The translations under genes were made by a program, and so were the position numbers. 64,000 nt of DNA from a bacterium (lineage in GTDB: Bacteria > UBP6 > UBA1177): contig JAGCXM010000028.1 in NCBI GenBank assembly GCA_017961325.1, forward strand, positions 21,781 to 85,780, in the 5' to 3' direction. Shown here piece by piece: positions 60,391 through 64,000 of this stretch; position 1 is the first letter of the stretch, and each line of letters opens with the position of its first letter. Below the pieces are notes generated by a model. That model saw nothing but the letters and a program-made list of their open reading frames with translations. It made no database searches and was not told the DNA's origin.

Positions 60391-60404
60391 TTAGGGAGGG
60401 TTAG

Positions 60405-61133
60405 ATGAGAGAAAAAATGTTACTCAGCTTTTTTATGATTACAGCCCTTTTCTTTTTTGTTTCCTGCGGTGAAGAGACTGACTCGGACAGTCTCAGCATC
60501 AGCAGCAACGGAACTGAACTTAACAGGGAGGAACTGAGAAAAGCGAGATTCAAACCTGCTCCGACTATTTTGAAGAAGAGTCCGCTCCGCAAGATGAATA
60601 CGCAGACTTGGGGTCCGGTTTCAACGGGGCAGACACAGTGTTTCGATCATGAGAAACAGATCGAGTGTCCGGCATCCCGCCAAAATCGTTTTTTCTTTCA
60701 GGACAGAAGCAGAATCGGAACGCGTTCTCTGACTGCAACGGACAGCCAGACGATAACGGATGACGTTACGCACCGCATTTGGAGCAGACACATAAAAGAA
60801 AATGTAACGTGGTATGAAGCCAAATATTATTGTGAATCTTTGAGAATGGCGGGCAAAAGATGGCGTCTTCCGACTACTGCCGAGCTTCGTTCGATAGTGA
60901 ACTACGGACAGATAGATCCTGCGACAGACGCTATTTTTTACCAAGGTATCGATAAAACCTCTCTTTCCAAACAGTTCTGGGCATCGGATCATTCCCGTTT
61001 AAATTCGGAAACATCGGACGGCGATGAAAAACAGTATGCTGCGGCATGGATAATCAATTTTTTTGACGGATTTGTCGAGTATACATCCCGTTACAATGTT
61101 TATAACGTACGTTGTGTAACAGAAGCTGATTAG
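60405..61133 (+). CDS. Lipoprotein with a Fib_succ_major/DUF1566-type domain
   Basis: Lipobox FFVSCG; WRLPTTAELRSIVNYG motif. Confidence 0.6.
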   Translation: MREKMLLSFFMITALFFFVSCGEETDSDSLSISSNGTELNREELRKARFKPAPTILKKSPLRKMNTQTWGPVSTGQTQCFDHEKQIECPASRQNRFFFQDRSRIGTRSLTATDSQTITDDVTHRIWSRHIKENVTWYEAKYYCESLRMAGKRWRLPTTAELRSIVNYGQIDPATDAIFYQGIDKTSLSKQFWASDHSRLNSETSDGDEKQYAAAWIINFFDGFVEYTSRYNVYNVRCVTEAD

Positions 61134-61144
61134 CGGAGGAAACA

Positions 61145-64000
61145 ATGAGATACAATAAATTTTTCAATGCGAATTTCAAATCCTTTGTGATTTTTTCTGC
61201 ACTTTGTTTCTTCGTTCAGTTTTCTTTTGCCGACGATTTGTGCAAACAGTGCACATTAAAAGAAAACGGCAATGTTTCAGGAACGACAACAGTATGCAGC
61301 TGCCAGTCTTACTGTGAAACGTCCAGCGACGGCAATACCGTCAGAGCTCAAAACGGCTGCAAAGGGGGAAACTACTATGCCAATGACAAATATTTGACAG
61401 AGCCGGAATTTGAGCCGGATTGGACAGAGGCTGTCAACCACACTGCAGGTATGTTCGGCGGTCAGTATATAAAGTTCAAACTCGAAGCCGGAATGACCTA
61501 CAGATGGACGACATATGACCCCGGTGAGGACTTCGAGGGCGGTGTTCTGTACGGTTCATCTTGTAATGTCAACGGTGTCGACGATGACACTCTGTGCGGA
61601 ACGCAGATGAAATGCCAGAACGGTCACTGTGCATGGCCTTTCGACACGGAGCTCACTCTTATCGACATAGAGCAGGGGAGCAAGGACTGCGATAACGGAA
61701 CAGTCTTAGCTTTCAGCAGATCAGGCGGTACAAGAAACCAGTCGACACTTGAATACAAAGCACCGAAAAGCATGTCCGTTGCTCTTCTTGTCACGAACAA
61801 CAAATACAACAGTTCAACACAGAGCTATGCTTCATGTCATGATTCTCAAATCGCTGAAAATACCAAGCTGCTTACGACGTTGAAGTGGCAGCGTTACGTT
61901 CCTGAACACTGTGCGGAATGCGGCAACAGCGTTGATTATGCTTTTAACACGAATCCGATAGTCAATGCGGTGAAGGCTCCCGACTGGACGCCCGTTTCGG
62001 CTTATGAATACATAGATTTGCCGAATTATGCTTCGTCAGCAGCTACCGAAAACTGGTTAAAACCGGGAAGTTATGTCGATTTTGATGTCGAAGAGGGTAA
62101 AATTTACCGTTGGTCGACATGCAAATCGGTTTTATTCGATACACAGCTCACGCTTTTCAAACCGGATGGAGGCGAAGGCTGCGGATATTTCCTCGCTTTC
62201 GATGATGACAGCGAAACTTCTTATCTGCCGAAGAACCCTTGGGATCAGAGCGGTACGAACGATTACTGTCCTGCCGGAACGAAACAGTCGCTTCTTGAAT
62301 GGCACGCCAATTTTACCGGCACTGTCCGGCTTCTTTTCAACGAATACAACTGTTCGCAGTGTGCAAGAGATGACAATTCACCTAATAATTTGCACTGGAC
62401 ACACTGTTTCAGGGTTCAGGATGAATATGTTGTCGGAGGTGCCGGTATTGCAACAGACTCTAAAGGATTCCCGCTTGCGGCGACTGAAAGCACTCCTTCG
62501 GCCGAAAGAGTCTCTCTTACATATCTCTATTCCTTCCCGCTTGACTGGCAGCGCTACGACTGTAACCAGTGCCGTGAGACTGCTGTTAAAAAAGTTGCCG
62601 ATTTCTGCGGTTACGGAAAGCAGAATGATTCATGCGTCAGCGATGTTTGCAGTTCGTGGGGAAGTTACACTGATTTCTGCACCGAAGACAGTGAGGGCAA
62701 GACGGTCTGCGGCGAAAAGAATGTTCTTCTTAAATCGGGTCAGTATATAACATTTGCTTTGAGAAGGGGTTCGAAATATGTCTTCAGAACCGACAGAACT
62801 GATGTCCTCATCACCGTCAAAGAGGGTGACAGCTGTACAGAAGGCAAGACTCTTGCGCAGGGCAGGGGACAGGTTGCATATTTTGCTGAAATTTCTGAGA
62901 AATGTTTTACCGAGAACGGCAAGCAAAACCCGAACGAATATTCGGATGTAGTCACCGTTCTTGTTTCAGAGCCGGAGTGTGACAACAAAGACGGCAGCAT
63001 CAAAGATATATATCTCACCTATTCTTTCTATACCGACGGATTTATCAATATTGAAAAAGCGGATAAGGCGGCAGATGCAAAAAGCAGATTCAAAATGTAC
63101 GACATCCCCACAGGTGATTATAGTGAATATTATGAAGATACCGCTACAGGTCTCAGATTCATCGAAGTTGAAGAACTGGCCGGAACATGGGAGAAAGCAT
63201 TCGAAATCTGCAGCAAGGATGTCGTTTTAGGCGGTACAACCGGAACGCTTGACTGCCCCGAACCTGATTGTCCGGCAGTTCCTGCGGGTGCTTCCTATAG
63301 TTTGGTGTCAAACGGTACAAATACATGTGAGGCTAAGAACGACAGGTGTGCATCTCCGAATTGCAACGCAAACTTTACTCCTTATTACGATTATCAGCAG
63401 ACCGTAGGAAGTGAAACTTACGATATATGTTATCCTGAGTCCGCTTCCGGCGATGACCCGTTGTGCGGAAAGTGCATTTCCTCTTATTCAAGGACATGTT
63501 CCGGCTATAAAGATTCAAACTGCTGCGACAAACCGACCCGCCAAGGTGAATGCGACACTTCCAACACATGCGTATCGAAAGCTCAGCTCTGTGCGAATAA
63601 GGTCGGTGTCGACTGGTCCTGTCCGAGCGGATATACCGAGAGTTCAAGCGGAACCTGCTATGATAAAAATGCCGGAACCAGCGTTTATTCGGATGTTGAA
63701 TACGGTACCAGATATATTGATACAGGATATTCTGTAAATTCGGAAGATCCCAACGGCGAATCATGCCCTTCCGGAACGACTAATAATAATGGATGCTGTG
63801 AGCCGAGCCCCTGCGGAAAATATGCTCTTAAGAGTAATGCAAACTGTAACGGAAACGGCAATATTATAGACGAAAACAAATGCTATGACAAAATATCGAC
63901 ACTTTCTGGCTTGGGTAATCAGGTTCCATGCTGTAACGGTCAGATAGATGTTTGGGATGCAAATACTGGATTTGGAATCACTTCTTATGCTATTAACAAA
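61145..64000 (+). CDS. Large secreted Cys-rich protein, 5'-complete and 3'-partial (no stop in window), with repeated modules resembling pre-peptidase C-terminal (PPC)-type beta-sandwich domains
   Basis: RBS GGAGGA plus ATG 61145; signal peptide; the same frame stays open to the window end and no listed plus-strand ORF uses it; recurring G.(T/I/K)YRW.T...D..L.L motifs. Confidence 0.5.
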   Translation, partial: MRYNKFFNANFKSFVIFSALCFFVQFSFADDLCKQCTLKENGNVSGTTTVCSCQSYCETSSDGNTVRAQNGCKGGNYYANDKYLTEPEFEPDWTEAVNHTAGMFGGQYIKFKLEAGMTYRWTTYDPGEDFEGGVLYGSSCNVNGVDDDTLCGTQMKCQNGHCAWPFDTELTLIDIEQGSKDCDNGTVLAFSRSGGTRNQSTLEYKAPKSMSVALLVTNNKYNSSTQSYASCHDSQIAENTKLLTTLKWQRYVPEHCAECGNSVDYAFNTNPIVNAVKAPDWTPVSAYEYIDLPNYASSAATENWLKPGSYVDFDVEEGKIYRWSTCKSVLFDTQLTLFKPDGGEGCGYFLAFDDDSETSYLPKNPWDQSGTNDYCPAGTKQSLLEWHANFTGTVRLLFNEYNCSQCARDDNSPNNLHWTHCFRVQDEYVVGGAGIATDSKGFPLAATESTPSAERVSLTYLYSFPLDWQRYDCNQCRETAVKKVADFCGYGKQNDSCVSDVCSSWGSYTDFCTEDSEGKTVCGEKNVLLKSGQYITFALRRGSKYVFRTDRTDVLITVKEGDSCTEGKTLAQGRGQVAYFAEISEKCFTENGKQNPNEYSDVVTVLVSEPECDNKDGSIKDIYLTYSFYTDGFINIEKADKAADAKSRFKMYDIPTGDYSEYYEDTATGLRFIEVEELAGTWEKAFEICSKDVVLGGTTGTLDCPEPDCPAVPAGASYSLVSNGTNTCEAKNDRCASPNCNANFTPYYDYQQTVGSETYDICYPESASGDDPLCGKCISSYSRTCSGYKDSNCCDKPTRQGECDTSNTCVSKAQLCANKVGVDWSCPSGYTESSSGTCYDKNAGTSVYSDVEYGTRYIDTGYSVNSEDPNGESCPSGTTNNNGCCEPSPCGKYALKSNANCNGNGNIIDENKCYDKISTLSGLGNQVPCCNGQIDVWDANTGFGITSYAINK

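Overview
The window looks like a chromosomal segment from a Fibrobacter-like (Fibrobacterota) genome, at about 48% GC. Three lipoproteins carry the 'WRLPT.EL' Fibrobacter-succinogenes-major-paralogous/DUF1566-type C-terminal domain, and a giant lipoprotein is built of Myxococcus-type cysteine-rich repeats; this assignment is an inference. Housekeeping content: a 3'-partial tRNA-dihydrouridine synthase, four tRNAs (Leu-CAA, Val-TAC, Asp-GTC, Thr-CGT), psd, gyrB-gyrA with no dnaA (so not oriC), trxA, hisC, lgt, an EF-G-like GTPase, a Wzx-like flippase and transporters. Accessory content: several secreted lipoproteins with internal duplications (tandem esterase domains, a ~95% identical 690-bp tandem duplication, 54-bp repeats), a 1857-aa Cys-rich repeat lipoprotein, a sensor-propeller/TM/AraC one-component regulator, and, most notably, an eight-gene type IV minor-pilin operon laid out like Pseudomonas fimU-pilVWXY1Y2E. 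Its PilY1 homologue is 2125 aa, with the vWA domain apparently split by a ~1000-aa Cys-rich insertion. A short GC-rich hairpin element that acts as the gyrA terminator recurs as in-frame peptide repeats inside the regulator gene just upstream of the pilin operon. An uncharacterised FHA/ankyrin/degenerate-ParA-J-HTH gene module sits next to lgt. No CRISPR arrays, integrases or transposases were seen. All calls come from reading the sequence and motifs by eye; no database searches were run.
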